Assembly: GCA_028821475.1 (NCBI GenBank)
Contig: JAPPGB010000073.1
Span: forward strand, 71,485 to 135,484
DNA length: 64,000 bases
From: Spirochaetaceae bacterium
Lineage (GTDB): Bacteria > Spirochaetota > Spirochaetia > SZUA-6 > Bin103
Direction: 5' to 3'
Within the stretch, counting starts at the first letter, position 1. Each line of letters opens with the position of its first letter. Under the pieces are notes generated by a model that was given only the letters and a program-made list of their open reading frames with translations, was not told the origin of the DNA and searched no databases. The position numbers and the translations under genes are program-made. Shown piece after piece: positions 27,171 through 37,056 of this stretch.

Positions 27171-27226
27171 AGTAAAGCCGCAACTGAGGGTGGACAGCGG
27201 GCATCGGGGCGCGCCACCATGGCGGC

Positions 27227-28165
27227 ATGGAACAGATCACTTTCGGCGGCACCGGCCTGAGCGCTACGCCGGTGGGGTTCGGGGGCGCGCCGTTCGCCCT
27301 GCTCGGCACTCCCGCCGCCGAAACCGACGCGCTGCTCGGTGCGCTGCTCGACCTGGGCGTCGGCCTGCTCGACACCGCCGCCTGCTACGGTGGCGGCGAC
27401 TCGGAGGAAGCGATCGGGCGCGCCATCGGCGGGCGGCGGGACGAGTACGCGCTCGTGTCGAAGTGCGGCCACCGGGTGGACGACACCGACGCCGAGGCGT
27501 GGTCGCCGGCGCTGATCGCCTCCAGCATCGACCGCTCGCTGCGCCGGATGCGCACCGACCGCGTCGACGTAATGCTGCTGCACTCCTGTGAGCTGGAGGT
27601 CCTGGAGCGCGGCGAGGTGTTCGAAGCGCTGCTACGGGCGCGCGATGCCGGCAAAATCCGCTGTTTCGGCTACTCGGGCGACAACGAGGCGGCCACCTAC
27701 GCCGCCGGCGTGCCCGAGGTGGCGGCGATCGAGACCTCGATCAGCGTCGCCGACCAGTGCAACATCGACGGTGTTCTTGCGGTGGCGCGGGAGCGCAACC
27801 TGGGCGTGCTCGCCAAGCGGCCCATCGCCAACGCCGCCTGGAAGCAAGCCGAGCAGCAGCCCGGCTTCTACGGCGACTACGCGAGCACCTACCACGGGCG
27901 CCTGGCAGCCATGGGGGTTACGCCCGCCGACCTGGGCTACGACGGCGAGCCGGCGGCGGCGTGGCCGGAAATCGCACTGCGTTTCACGCTCGCACAGCCG
28001 GGCCTGCACTCCGCCATCATCGGCACCACCAACCCGGCGCACGTCAAGGCCAACATCGCCGCCGCCGGGCAGGGACCGCTGCCGGAGGACCAGGTGGCCG
28101 CGCTGCGCAGTGCGTTCGCGGCCGCCGAGAGTGCTGCCGGCGAAGCGTGGACCGGGCAGACTTAG
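27227..28165 (+). CDS. Aldo/keto reductase
   Basis: 312 aa. GFGGAPF...LLDTAACYGGGDSEEAIG...LLHSCE...FGYSGDNE matches the typical AKR layout. Confidence 0.85.
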   Translation: MEQITFGGTGLSATPVGFGGAPFALLGTPAAETDALLGALLDLGVGLLDTAACYGGGDSEEAIGRAIGGRRDEYALVSKCGHRVDDTDAEAWSPALIASSIDRSLRRMRTDRVDVMLLHSCELEVLERGEVFEALLRARDAGKIRCFGYSGDNEAATYAAGVPEVAAIETSISVADQCNIDGVLAVARERNLGVLAKRPIANAAWKQAEQQPGFYGDYASTYHGRLAAMGVTPADLGYDGEPAAAWPEIALRFTLAQPGLHSAIIGTTNPAHVKANIAAAGQGPLPEDQVAALRSAFAAAESAAGEAWTGQT

Positions 28166-28167
28166 GT

Positions 28168-29877
28168 TTGCCAAGGCTGTTGCGGAGGGCGCCGGCGGCG
28201 CGGCCCGGCTCCCTCGTCCTGGTGGCGCTGCTTCTGGCGGCGGCTGCACCGGCGCGCGCCGACGCTCCGGTCACGGTGGACAGCGTGCCGTTCGCCGCCG
28301 ACACGCGGGAGTGCACCGGCAGCTTCGAGATGACGCCGCTGCCGCACTACACGCGCGGGCCGGACGAGTACGTCGGCTTCTTCGAGAGCAACGGCGCCGG
28401 GGTGGCGCTGGCGGACATGGACGGCGACGGCCTTACCGACATCGTGTTCGCCGGCCTGCACGGCCCCACCTCGCTGCTGTGGAACGAGGGCGGCCTGCTG
28501 TTCCGGCGCGGCGAGCTGACGGCGGAACACACCCGCGCCGTGAATGCCGTGGACGTGGACGGCGACGGCCTCCTGGACCTGGTGTTCACCCACTCCGGCG
28601 GCCTGCCGTCGTGGTGGCGCGCCACGCCCGCCGAAGACGCGGGGCGCCCTGCGTTCGTGCGCAAGGAGGACGAGGAGTTCCGCGCCTGGTTTCCGGCCTA
28701 TTCGATCGCCTGGGCGGACCTCGACAGCGACGGCGACCTGGACCTGGTGGGAGCCTCCTACGACGCCGAGCTCGGCGCGCTGTCGGACGGCATGGTGGTA
28801 GGGGGCGGCGTGTTCTACTACGCCAACGACGGCAGCGGCCTGCTCACCTTCGAGCGTCTGGGCCGGCGCTCCCACGCGCTGGCGATTCGGCTCACCGACC
28901 TGGACGGCGACGGGCGCCGCGACATCCTGATCGGCAACGACTTCGCACCGCCGGACGACGTGTTCCTCAACACCCCGGACGGCTGGACCCGGGCCGAGCC
29001 GTTCAGCCGTACCCCCACCAACACCATGAGCTTCGCCGAGGGCGACGTGGACAACGACGGCACTCCCGAGCTGCTGGCCACCGACATGAAGCCGGTGGAG
29101 CGCAACGAGACGGTCGACGCGGCCTGGCGCCCGTTCTGGTCCGACACCGCCCAGTTGCAGCCCAACGACGGCGTGCAGGTTACCGCCAACGTGTTCTTCT
29201 CGCTCGCCGACAACGCCGCCGGCGAGCGCTTCGCCGACCGCGCCGAGGAGGTCGGCGTCGATGCCACCGGCTGGAGCTGGTCGGCGCAGTTCGGCGACCT
29301 GGACAACGACGGCTTCCTGGACCTGTACGTGGTCAACGGCATGATCGCCGCGGAGGTGTTCTCGCACCTGCCGGGCGACGCGCTGATCGAGGAGAACCAG
29401 GCGCTGCGCAACACCGGCGCGGGCCGCTTCGCCCCGGCGCCGGAGTGGGGCCTGAACGCCACCCAGAGCGGACGCGGCATGAGCTTCGCCGACCTGGACA
29501 ACGACGGCGACCTGGACGTGGTAGTGAACAACCTGTCCGCGGTCTCGATGCTGTTCGAAAACCGCTTGTGCACGGGCGCCGCGCTGGAGGTCGAACTGCA
29601 CTGGGAGGGCGTGCCGAACCGCCGCGCCATCGGCGCGAAGCTGCTGCTGCACACCGCCTCCGGCGCCCTGTCGCGCGAGATGCGCGCCAGCAGCGGCTAC
29701 CTGTCGAGCGACCCCCCACGCGTGCACTTCGGTCTCGGCGATCCGGCCGCCGGCGGCCCGAGCCGACTGGAGGTGACCTGGCCGGACGGCGCGGTGTCAG
29801 GCATCCCGGCGCCGCAGCCCGGCCACCTGCTGCGGGTCACCCGGCTGCTGCCTGCACGCAGTAACGGCTCGCAGTAA
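28168..29877 (+). CDS. CRTAC1-family protein (FG-GAP/VCBS repeats plus ASPIC/UnbV domain), secreted
   Basis: Signal-like LVLVALLLAAAAPARADA, repeated DxDGDGxxD calcium-type loops, and the C-terminal GAKLLLHTASGALSREMRASSGYLSSDPPRVHFGLG...VTWPDG. The start is uncertain (TTG 28168, CTG 28177 or TTG 28180). Confidence 0.75.
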   Translation: MPRLLRRAPAARPGSLVLVALLLAAAAPARADAPVTVDSVPFAADTRECTGSFEMTPLPHYTRGPDEYVGFFESNGAGVALADMDGDGLTDIVFAGLHGPTSLLWNEGGLLFRRGELTAEHTRAVNAVDVDGDGLLDLVFTHSGGLPSWWRATPAEDAGRPAFVRKEDEEFRAWFPAYSIAWADLDSDGDLDLVGASYDAELGALSDGMVVGGGVFYYANDGSGLLTFERLGRRSHALAIRLTDLDGDGRRDILIGNDFAPPDDVFLNTPDGWTRAEPFSRTPTNTMSFAEGDVDNDGTPELLATDMKPVERNETVDAAWRPFWSDTAQLQPNDGVQVTANVFFSLADNAAGERFADRAEEVGVDATGWSWSAQFGDLDNDGFLDLYVVNGMIAAEVFSHLPGDALIEENQALRNTGAGRFAPAPEWGLNATQSGRGMSFADLDNDGDLDVVVNNLSAVSMLFENRLCTGAALEVELHWEGVPNRRAIGAKLLLHTASGALSREMRASSGYLSSDPPRVHFGLGDPAAGGPSRLEVTWPDGAVSGIPAPQPGHLLRVTRLLPARSNGSQ

Positions 29878-30037
29878 CGCCAAGAGGCCGAGGTTGCAGC
29901 GCGCCGCCGTGTGAACGCGGCGCGGCCGGCGCGGTGCGCGCGCCCCGTCGCAGCAGCGCCGGATGCGACGCGAGCCTGCCCGCCGGCACGGCGCCGCTGC
30001 GCGCGGCCACTCGTCGTGTCTCGCCGGCGCCGCCCGC

Positions 30038-31933
30038 TCACCTGAACAGGTAGTCCGCGGCGTCGGCGGTGCGGGTCTGCTTCCAGAAGTCGAGCAGGCG
30101 GAACGGCCAGTTCTGGCTGACCCGCCCATCCTTGTTCCGGTACCAGCTCCGCACGCCCGCCGCTCCCCAGGCGGTGCGCGCGTTGCCGGCGTCGATCCAC
30201 TCGTTGTAGGCGTCGTGCACCTCCTGTCGGCACTCCAGGCTGCCGCTGCCACTGTCCAGCAACATCCGCAGGCAACTGAGGATGTAGTCCACCTCGCACT
30301 CCGACAGGATGATGATGCTGGTGTTCACCACCACGTTGGTGTTGGGGCCGTACAGGCAGAACAGGTTGGGGAATCCGGGCATGGTGACGCCGCGGTAAGC
30401 ACGCGGGCTGCCCTGCCACGATGCGCGCAGGTCGGCGCCGCCGCGCCCGATCACCTGCATCGGGTACAGCATGTCGGTGGTGCGAAAGCCGGTGGCATAG
30501 ATCACGGTATCCACGTCGAAGCGGTCGCCGGCGGCGGTCACCGGCCCGTGTTCGCTCATGTGGGCGATCGGGTCGGTAACCAGGTGCACGTTGCGCCGCT
30601 TCAGGGTAGCGAACCAGGTGCCGTCGTCGTACAGCATCCGCTTGCCGCCCGGCGGGTAGTCGGGGATGCACTTGGCCAGCAGCTCCGGATGCTCGCCGAG
30701 GTGCTTTCGGGCGTGCCGCTCCAACGCCCGCCGCAGCTTGCGGTTGGCCTTGCCGATGCTGCCCGGTTCGTCCCAGCCGTCGTCGGCGTAGATGTATTCG
30801 AGGGCGCCCTCGGACGACATCCAGAACTGCAGCAGCCGGTACCACCTCGCATAGTGCGGCACGTGGTTGAGCAGCCAGTGCTTGCCCTCCGGCACGTCGC
30901 GGTGGTAGTCGGGGCGCGGGTTGACCCACGGCGGGCTGCGCTGGAACAGGAACACCTCGGCGGCGGCGGGTGCGATGCGCGGCACCGCCTGAAATGCCGA
31001 TGCGCCGGTGCCGATCACTGCGATGCGCTTGCCGGCCAGTGCCGCACCGTGGTCCCAGCGCGCGGTGTGGAATGACGGACCGCGAAAGGCGTCACGGTGC
31101 GGTATGTCCGGCAAACGGGGCCGGTTGAGCTGGCCGACGGCGCTGATCACCGCGTTGGCCCGCAGCGTGCCCGTGGTCCCACTGTCCACGGCGCGGGTGT
31201 GGACAGCCCACACCTGTTCCTGCTCGTCGAACACCAGCCGCTCCACCTCGGTCGAGAAGCGGATGCGATTGCGTATGCCGAGCCTGTCCGCGCAATCCTG
31301 GAAGTAGTCGAGCAGCACCGGCTGGGACGAGAAGAACTGCGGCCAGTCGCGCGGCGCGAACGAGTAGGAGTAAGAGTGGTTCGGGGTGTCCACCCGGCAG
31401 CCGGGATAGGTGTTCTCCAGCCAGGTGCCGCCGACGTCGGGATTCTTCTCGATCACCGTGTAGGAGAGCCCCGCCTGCCCCATGCGGTGCGCGGCGAGAA
31501 TCCCCGACATGCCGGCGCCGACGATCACCACGTGGAATCCCGCACGCCTCTCCGGTGCTATCGACTCGAACCCTTCCGCGCCGGTCGGGTGCGGTTCGAG
31601 ACCCACCTCGCGCAGCAGGAACTCCAGGTAGTCGTCGCCGACCGACTGCCCGACCAGAAAGCTCGCCATGTCGTGTACCTGCGCCGGTGTCGGACGGAAG
31701 CGCGGCGCCGCACCCTCATCGCCGAGCGCGTCGACCACCGGCAGGGCACGCGACCGCACCTCGGCCTGCTGCTCGGCGGTAAGGCCCATCTGCGGATCTC
31801 CCCACACCGGTCGCGGGCGCAACGGGCCGCCAAGCAGGGCCAGATCGCCGGTCAGGTGCACCAGCGTAACCAGCAGTGCGGGAACGTTGGCATGTTCGAG
31901 CGCGGCGCCGATGGCCTCGCGGTCAGCGCTCAT
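30038..31933 (-). CDS. Baeyer-Villiger-type flavin monooxygenase
   Basis: FAD motif VVIVGAGMSGILAA, BVMO fingerprint FRGPSFHTARWD and second dinucleotide motif IAVIGTGASAFQ. Confidence 0.85.
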   Translation of the reverse strand: MSADREAIGAALEHANVPALLVTLVHLTGDLALLGGPLRPRPVWGDPQMGLTAEQQAEVRSRALPVVDALGDEGAAPRFRPTPAQVHDMASFLVGQSVGDDYLEFLLREVGLEPHPTGAEGFESIAPERRAGFHVVIVGAGMSGILAAHRMGQAGLSYTVIEKNPDVGGTWLENTYPGCRVDTPNHSYSYSFAPRDWPQFFSSQPVLLDYFQDCADRLGIRNRIRFSTEVERLVFDEQEQVWAVHTRAVDSGTTGTLRANAVISAVGQLNRPRLPDIPHRDAFRGPSFHTARWDHGAALAGKRIAVIGTGASAFQAVPRIAPAAAEVFLFQRSPPWVNPRPDYHRDVPEGKHWLLNHVPHYARWYRLLQFWMSSEGALEYIYADDGWDEPGSIGKANRKLRRALERHARKHLGEHPELLAKCIPDYPPGGKRMLYDDGTWFATLKRRNVHLVTDPIAHMSEHGPVTAAGDRFDVDTVIYATGFRTTDMLYPMQVIGRGGADLRASWQGSPRAYRGVTMPGFPNLFCLYGPNTNVVVNTSIIILSECEVDYILSCLRMLLDSGSGSLECRQEVHDAYNEWIDAGNARTAWGAAGVRSWYRNKDGRVSQNWPFRLLDFWKQTRTADAADYLFR

Positions 31934-32060
31934 GGGGAGAGTGTCAGCCGCACGCCGGGAGAGGTCAAGGAGCCCGACCGCGGGCCGCCGGCGGCGAAGA
32001 GCCCGGATGTCCCGCGCCGCGGCGGATCTGTGCTAATCTCCGGCGCAGGAATCGAACGAC

Positions 32061-33134
32061 ATGGCACCAGAGACTCGCTACAGCTACGAAACGTTGCACG
32101 CGTTTTCCATCGCCGTCCTGACCGCCGCGGGCGCGCCCGATGGCCATGCCAGGACGGTCGCCGACCACCTGGTCGACGCCAACCTGGCCGGCCACGACTC
32201 GCACGGCGCGCACCGCCTGATGCAGTACACCGACGCCATCGATCAGGGCGGCATCGACCCGCAGGCGTCGCCGCGCACCGTGAGCGAGGGCACCACAACC
32301 GCCGTGCTCGACGCCACCGGCGTGTTCGGCCAGGTGGCCGGCCTCGCCGCCACCGAGCTCGCCATCGCCAAGGCGGGCGAGCACGGCACCGCCGTGGTGG
32401 GAGTGCGCGGCGCCAACCACGTCGGCCGCGCCGGCGTGTACGCGCTGAAGATGGCGGAGGCGGGGCTGGTCGGGCAGGTGTTCTGCAGCGGACGCGGCGC
32501 CGGCATCGTGGCGCCATGGGGCGGCACCACGCCGCTGTTGTCCACCAACCCGATCGCCGTGGCCGTGCCGACCGCCGGCGACCCCATCCTGGTCGACATC
32601 ACCACCAGCGTCACCGCCGAGGGCAAAGTGCGGGTGGCGCGCTACGCCGGCAAGGAGCTGGCGCCCGGACAGATCCTGGACCGCGACGGCAACCCGTCGA
32701 CCAGGCCCGACGACCTGTACAACGGCGGCTCGATGCTGCCGCTCGGCGGCCTCATGGGCCACAAGGGCTACGGCCTGTCGGTGGTGGTGGATCTGCTCGG
32801 CGCCATGCTCACCGGCGGCAGCGCCGGCGGCAAGCGCGGTGGCGGCTTCTCCAACAATCTCACCCTGTGGGCCGCGGACCCGGACGCGCTTGGCGGCCGG
32901 GAGACAATGGAGAAGTTGCAGAGCGAATACTTCGCGATGCTCAAGTCATCCCGCCGCCAGCCGGGGGTGGAGGAGATCCTGCTGCCGGGCGAACCGGAGC
33001 TGCGTACCTCCGCCGACCGCCGGCGCGACGGCCTGCCGCTGGACGCCGGCACCGTATCCGGGCTCGACCAACTCGCCATCCGTCTCGGACTGACGCCACT
33101 CAGCAGCCAGACGCTGAAAGAGAGGGTAAGATAG
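32061..33134 (+). CDS. Ldh_2 family (malate/L-lactate/sulfolactate dehydrogenase type 2) oxidoreductase
   Basis: DHLVDANLAGHDSHGAHRLMQY and SVVVDLLGAMLTGG patterns in a 357-aa ORF. Confidence 0.8.
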   Translation: MAPETRYSYETLHAFSIAVLTAAGAPDGHARTVADHLVDANLAGHDSHGAHRLMQYTDAIDQGGIDPQASPRTVSEGTTTAVLDATGVFGQVAGLAATELAIAKAGEHGTAVVGVRGANHVGRAGVYALKMAEAGLVGQVFCSGRGAGIVAPWGGTTPLLSTNPIAVAVPTAGDPILVDITTSVTAEGKVRVARYAGKELAPGQILDRDGNPSTRPDDLYNGGSMLPLGGLMGHKGYGLSVVVDLLGAMLTGGSAGGKRGGGFSNNLTLWAADPDALGGRETMEKLQSEYFAMLKSSRRQPGVEEILLPGEPELRTSADRRRDGLPLDAGTVSGLDQLAIRLGLTPLSSQTLKERVR

Positions 33135-33213
33135 ATCAGCCGCGCCGCGTCATTGGTTCGGACAGAGCGCACTTGATGAAGTGCGCTCATATTTCATTCA
33201 TAAGGAGCATAAT

Positions 33214-33801
33214 ATGCGCCGCAAGTTTCTTGTTCTGTTCGGGTTGGCCGTCGTTCTGGCCGCCCAGCCCCTGTTCGCCGCCAAGTTCAAGGTGGACCAT
33301 CCCCACACCAACATCGGCTTCAGCGTCAAGCACATGGTGGTCGCGAAGACCACCGGCACGTTCAACGACTTTGATGCCAGCCTGGAGCTCGATCCCGCTG
33401 ACATGTCGTCCTTCAAGGTGATGGCCACCATTCAGACGGCGAGCGTCGACACCAACAACCAACAGCGTGACAACCACCTGCGCAGCGCCGACTTCCTGGA
33501 CGCGGCCAACCATCCCACCATCACCTTCGTGAGTTCGGAACTCAGCACGATGGACGGCAAGCACGTACTGCACGGCGACCTGACCATCCGCGGCGTCACC
33601 CACGCGGTCGAAATCCCGATCGAGATCGTCGGTCCGGTTATGGCCATGGGCAACACGGTCGTCGGCTTCGCCGGCAGCCTCACCATCAACCGTCATGACT
33701 ACGGCGTGTCCTGGAGCCGGACGCTCGACAACGGCGGCCTGGTCGTGGCCGAAGAGGTAGCAATCGAGGTGAACGGCGAGTTCATCATGGAGAGCATGTA
33801 G
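33214..33801 (+). CDS. YceI-family periplasmic protein
   Basis: AAGGAG lies 6 nt before the ATG at 33214. Signal peptide, then DHPHTNIGFSVKHMVVAKTTGTFNDFDASL and RDNHLRSADFLD motifs. Confidence 0.85.
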   Translation: MRRKFLVLFGLAVVLAAQPLFAAKFKVDHPHTNIGFSVKHMVVAKTTGTFNDFDASLELDPADMSSFKVMATIQTASVDTNNQQRDNHLRSADFLDAANHPTITFVSSELSTMDGKHVLHGDLTIRGVTHAVEIPIEIVGPVMAMGNTVVGFAGSLTINRHDYGVSWSRTLDNGGLVVAEEVAIEVNGEFIMESM

Positions 33802-33893
33802 CTCGCCGATTCGGCCTGCTTACCTCAGACGGCGCGTCCGGGCCAACCCGGCGCGCCGTTCGCGTGTCCTGAAGGCGTCCTGAGGGCCCGGCG

Positions 33894-35243
33894 TCAGCCG
33901 GACGCCAGGCGCCGCTCGAGCGGCGTGCGGAAGCGCGGCGTGACCACCGTGCCGGCCAACCACTCCTCGAGGCGCGCGGCTTCGTCCGCGATCCGGTCGC
34001 GCACCGATGGGGCCACCGGTTCCAGCAGTTCGAACACCACGCGGCCGTCGCGCCGCTGCGCCCAGCCGCCGACCACCCGCCCGTCCAGCCACACCGTCGG
34101 GCCCGCGTTGCCGTTGCGGTCGAACAGCCGCTCTGCGTGGCCGCCGAGGTACCAGCCGCGCTCCTTCCAGCCCATCACCGTGGGGTCGAGCCCCGGCAGC
34201 AGCGCCACCCAGCTCGCACCCGGCGCCACCGGCTCGTGGTCGCCGGCGGCCACGAAGCCGGGACCTCCGTCCAGCTCCACCGGCTCCGCTCCGCAGCCGG
34301 CCAGCGCCTCCTTGGCCCGGCGCATCGTCCAACCGCTCCACCAGGTGACGTCGGTCATGGTCACCGGGCCGCAGGCGTTCAGCCAGCGGTGCAGGAGCCG
34401 CGCGCGTGCCGCGGCCGGGTCGAGATCCGGGAACCCGGCACCCAGCCAATGCGCGGTCGACGCCCAGCGGTACTGGCTGGAGATCCAGGTCCCGCGCGGG
34501 CGCGCGCGCACGATGAGCCCCTCGCTCGCGAGCAGGAACAGCACGCGGGTGGAGACGCCCACCGTGCCGGCCCACGAACGCCCGGCGCCGAAGCTCAGCT
34601 TCTCGGCCAGCTCCGGCACGTCGGCGGTCAGCTCCTTGGCGGTGGCCTCGCCGCGCGCCGCGAGTGCCGCGAGCGTGCGTTCCTGCACGCCCCGCAGCCA
34701 CGCCTCGGGATCGGCGGCTATCTCCTGGTCTCCCAGCAGGCGCAGCAGGCGGCGCCGCTCGGCCGGGGCCAGGGCACGCGTGCAGGCGGCGTCTGCCACC
34801 GCGGCCAAGTCGCGCGGCAGCACGAACATGGTGCGCCGCATGCCCAGCACCCGCACCAGGTCGCGCGCCTCGTACAGCGCGGCCTCCAGGTGCGCCACGC
34901 GAAACCCGCGCACCCGAGCGCGCGCCGACAGGTACACGGTAACGGGGTCGCTGGAGTGCAGCCCGGCCAGGTCGGCGCTGACCTGCTCCGCGCTGCGCGC
35001 CGGCACCGCCAGGTGGTGACGCGCCGCCAGCCGCGCGCGCCGCTCGGCTACCGCGATGCGCCGGATGCCGGCAGCCCTCCGGCCGGAACTCCGGCCGGAA
35101 CTCCCGCCGAAACTCCGGCCGTCCGAATTGCATTGACGTACACGGAACGGTAGGGTAGACGCGAGGGCTCCGAGAGGTCTACGTCGGGCGCCCCGCGACC
35201 GTGAACTGAAGGAGTTACCCAAGATGGCCAGCCCACCGACCAT
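33894..35243 (-). CDS. Winged-helix DNA-binding protein, AlkZ/YcaQ-like
   Basis: AERRARLAARHHL...LAGLHSSDPVTVYLSARARV...LVRVLGMRRTMFVLPRD fits the AlkZ/YcaQ family. The start is uncertain: the only in-frame ATG (35243) overlaps the divergent PhyH start. Confidence 0.65.
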   Translation of the reverse strand: MVGGLAILGNSFSSRSRGARRRPLGALASTLPFRVRQCNSDGRSFGGSSGRSSGRRAAGIRRIAVAERRARLAARHHLAVPARSAEQVSADLAGLHSSDPVTVYLSARARVRGFRVAHLEAALYEARDLVRVLGMRRTMFVLPRDLAAVADAACTRALAPAERRRLLRLLGDQEIAADPEAWLRGVQERTLAALAARGEATAKELTADVPELAEKLSFGAGRSWAGTVGVSTRVLFLLASEGLIVRARPRGTWISSQYRWASTAHWLGAGFPDLDPAAARARLLHRWLNACGPVTMTDVTWWSGWTMRRAKEALAGCGAEPVELDGGPGFVAAGDHEPVAPGASWVALLPGLDPTVMGWKERGWYLGGHAERLFDRNGNAGPTVWLDGRVVGGWAQRRDGRVVFELLEPVAPSVRDRIADEAARLEEWLAGTVVTPRFRTPLERRLASG

Positions 35244-36366
35244 GTTCGCCGCCGATGAGGCACAACAGACCTACGCCGCCAGCTACGCGTCGGACGGGTA
35301 TCTCCTGGTCCGCGGCCTGCTCGACCCCGAGCGCGACCTCGCAACGCTCAAGAAGTCCTATACCAGCCTGATCGACGCGATGGGCTACGTCTACCTGTCC
35401 GAGACCCTCCCCGACGCGTTGCGCGACTACGCCTCACAGCCGTTTCCGCACCGCTTCGCCACCATGCTCGGCGCCAGCGGTGGCCTCGGCCTGCACCACC
35501 TCGACCCGGTGCTGAACATCTTCGTGAACCACTTCCGGTACCGCCGCGACCTGCCGAGTTCGCAGATTCCCGAGCTGTTCGCCTGCATCCGCCACAGCCG
35601 GGTGCTCGACGTGCTCGAAGCGTTGCTCGGGCCGGAGGTCCTCGCATCGCCGATCTACCACCTCAACGTGAAACTGGCGCAGCGCCATCTCGAGGAGGTG
35701 GAAGCGGTGGCCAAGGCAAGCGGGCAGGACAATCCCACCCTGGAGAAGTTCTACAACTTCCAGGTGGGCGCGACCCACTGGCACATGGACGCCGTCTCCG
35801 GCCTGTCCGACTCCCACCACAGCCGCATCGCGAATGCATGGATCCCGCTTACCGAGGCGACACCCGACAACGGCTGCCTGATGGTCGTGCCCGGCAGCCA
35901 CACCGGCGAAGTGGGCGACCCCGAGAACGCGGGTGACGTAGCGGAGGACGCGGTAACGCTGCCGATGCGGCCGGGCGACGTGCTGTTCCTGGACAACAAG
36001 GTGCTGCACAGTTCGACGCCCAATACCAGCGACGGCGACTACCGCTGGGCGTTCAACTTCCGCTACGTACAGGCCGGGCAGTCGGCCGGGCGTCCTTTTC
36101 TACCCGGCTTCGTGGCGCGCAGCCGGTCCGCGCCCGACAGCGAACTGCACAATCCGTTCGTGTGGAGCACGATGTGGGATCGTGCCCTGACCTACCGCGT
36201 GGAGCACGGCGCGCCCTACTCATACGGCGCGCTGCGCGACGGAGAGGTCAGCGAGGACCAGGCGCGGGCGATCACCGATCACTGGCGCCGCCGCGCGCCC
36301 GATCCACGCGGCTGGCTGCGCCTGGAGCAGGCCGACGACGCCCCGCTGCCGGCCGTGAGCTGGTAG
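35224..36366 (+). CDS. Phytanoyl-CoA dioxygenase (PhyH) family Fe(II)/2OG oxygenase
   Basis: HWHMDAVSG, LMVVPGSHTGE and VLHSSTPNTS give an H-x-D...H facial triad layout. Confidence 0.75.
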   Translation: MASPPTMFAADEAQQTYAASYASDGYLLVRGLLDPERDLATLKKSYTSLIDAMGYVYLSETLPDALRDYASQPFPHRFATMLGASGGLGLHHLDPVLNIFVNHFRYRRDLPSSQIPELFACIRHSRVLDVLEALLGPEVLASPIYHLNVKLAQRHLEEVEAVAKASGQDNPTLEKFYNFQVGATHWHMDAVSGLSDSHHSRIANAWIPLTEATPDNGCLMVVPGSHTGEVGDPENAGDVAEDAVTLPMRPGDVLFLDNKVLHSSTPNTSDGDYRWAFNFRYVQAGQSAGRPFLPGFVARSRSAPDSELHNPFVWSTMWDRALTYRVEHGAPYSYGALRDGEVSEDQARAITDHWRRRAPDPRGWLRLEQADDAPLPAVSW

Positions 36367-36386
36367 GCGGACAAAAGGAGCATCCC

Positions 36387-36980
36387 TTGTTCAATCCAGT
36401 CCTCAGAGAAGTGTCCGAGGGGCGCATGGTGTACTCGACGTCGTCCGGCTTTCGCGTCGTATTCGCCATCATCGCGGGATTCCTGATCTTCAGTTCGCAG
36501 GGCCAGCCCGGCGTCATCCTGATCATTCTGATCGCGCTGAGCCTGCTCGGGGCGCTGTACCTGGAGCGGTGGGTGTTCGACAAGGAGGCCAACCTGTTCG
36601 AGAAGAACGTCGGCCTCTTGTTCCTGCACACCCGCAAGCGGCAACCGCTCGACCACCTGACCAAGATCGTGCTGCGCGAAGTGGGCCCCTCCTACCAGGA
36701 CCGCCCGCGCATGATGAAGGCGGTGTCGCGGCAGGCGGCGATCCTGGCGATTGTCGACCAGTCGGGCACCAATCACGGTCTGGACATGATCAAGGGTTCG
36801 TCGCTGCGGGAGGCGCGCGATTCGGCGCAGAAGCTGGCGAAGTTTTGCGACATCCCGTTCGAAGACCTGGTGCCGCAGGAGGAATCCGAAGTGCCGCAAC
36901 CTTCCGAACCACCGACCGAACGCCCGCCCGAGCGTCCCCCTCAGCGCCCGCCCGACCCGCCGACCGGTCCGCTCGGATAG
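36387..36980 (+). CDS. Hypothetical membrane protein with a Pro-rich tail
   Basis: TTG at 36387 is preceded by AAGGAG. Two hydrophobic helices (VVFAIIAGFLIF, VILIILIALSLLGALYL) and the tail PPTERPPERPPQRPPDPPTGP. Confidence 0.5.
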   Translation: MFNPVLREVSEGRMVYSTSSGFRVVFAIIAGFLIFSSQGQPGVILIILIALSLLGALYLERWVFDKEANLFEKNVGLLFLHTRKRQPLDHLTKIVLREVGPSYQDRPRMMKAVSRQAAILAIVDQSGTNHGLDMIKGSSLREARDSAQKLAKFCDIPFEDLVPQEESEVPQPSEPPTERPPERPPQRPPDPPTGPLG

Positions 36981-37056
36981 CGCCTCCGCCCGAGCCCCTG
37001 CCCCGCACTCGCCGGACGCACCGGGTGGTGCGCCGGCGGTCCGGATCAGTTCGCCA

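Noticed and set aside
27588-29864. 758-aa plus-strand ORF overlapping the AKR and CRTAC1 genes in another frame
   Set aside because: It is Arg/Pro/Gly-rich and low-complexity, and is out of frame with two genes that have clear family patterns.
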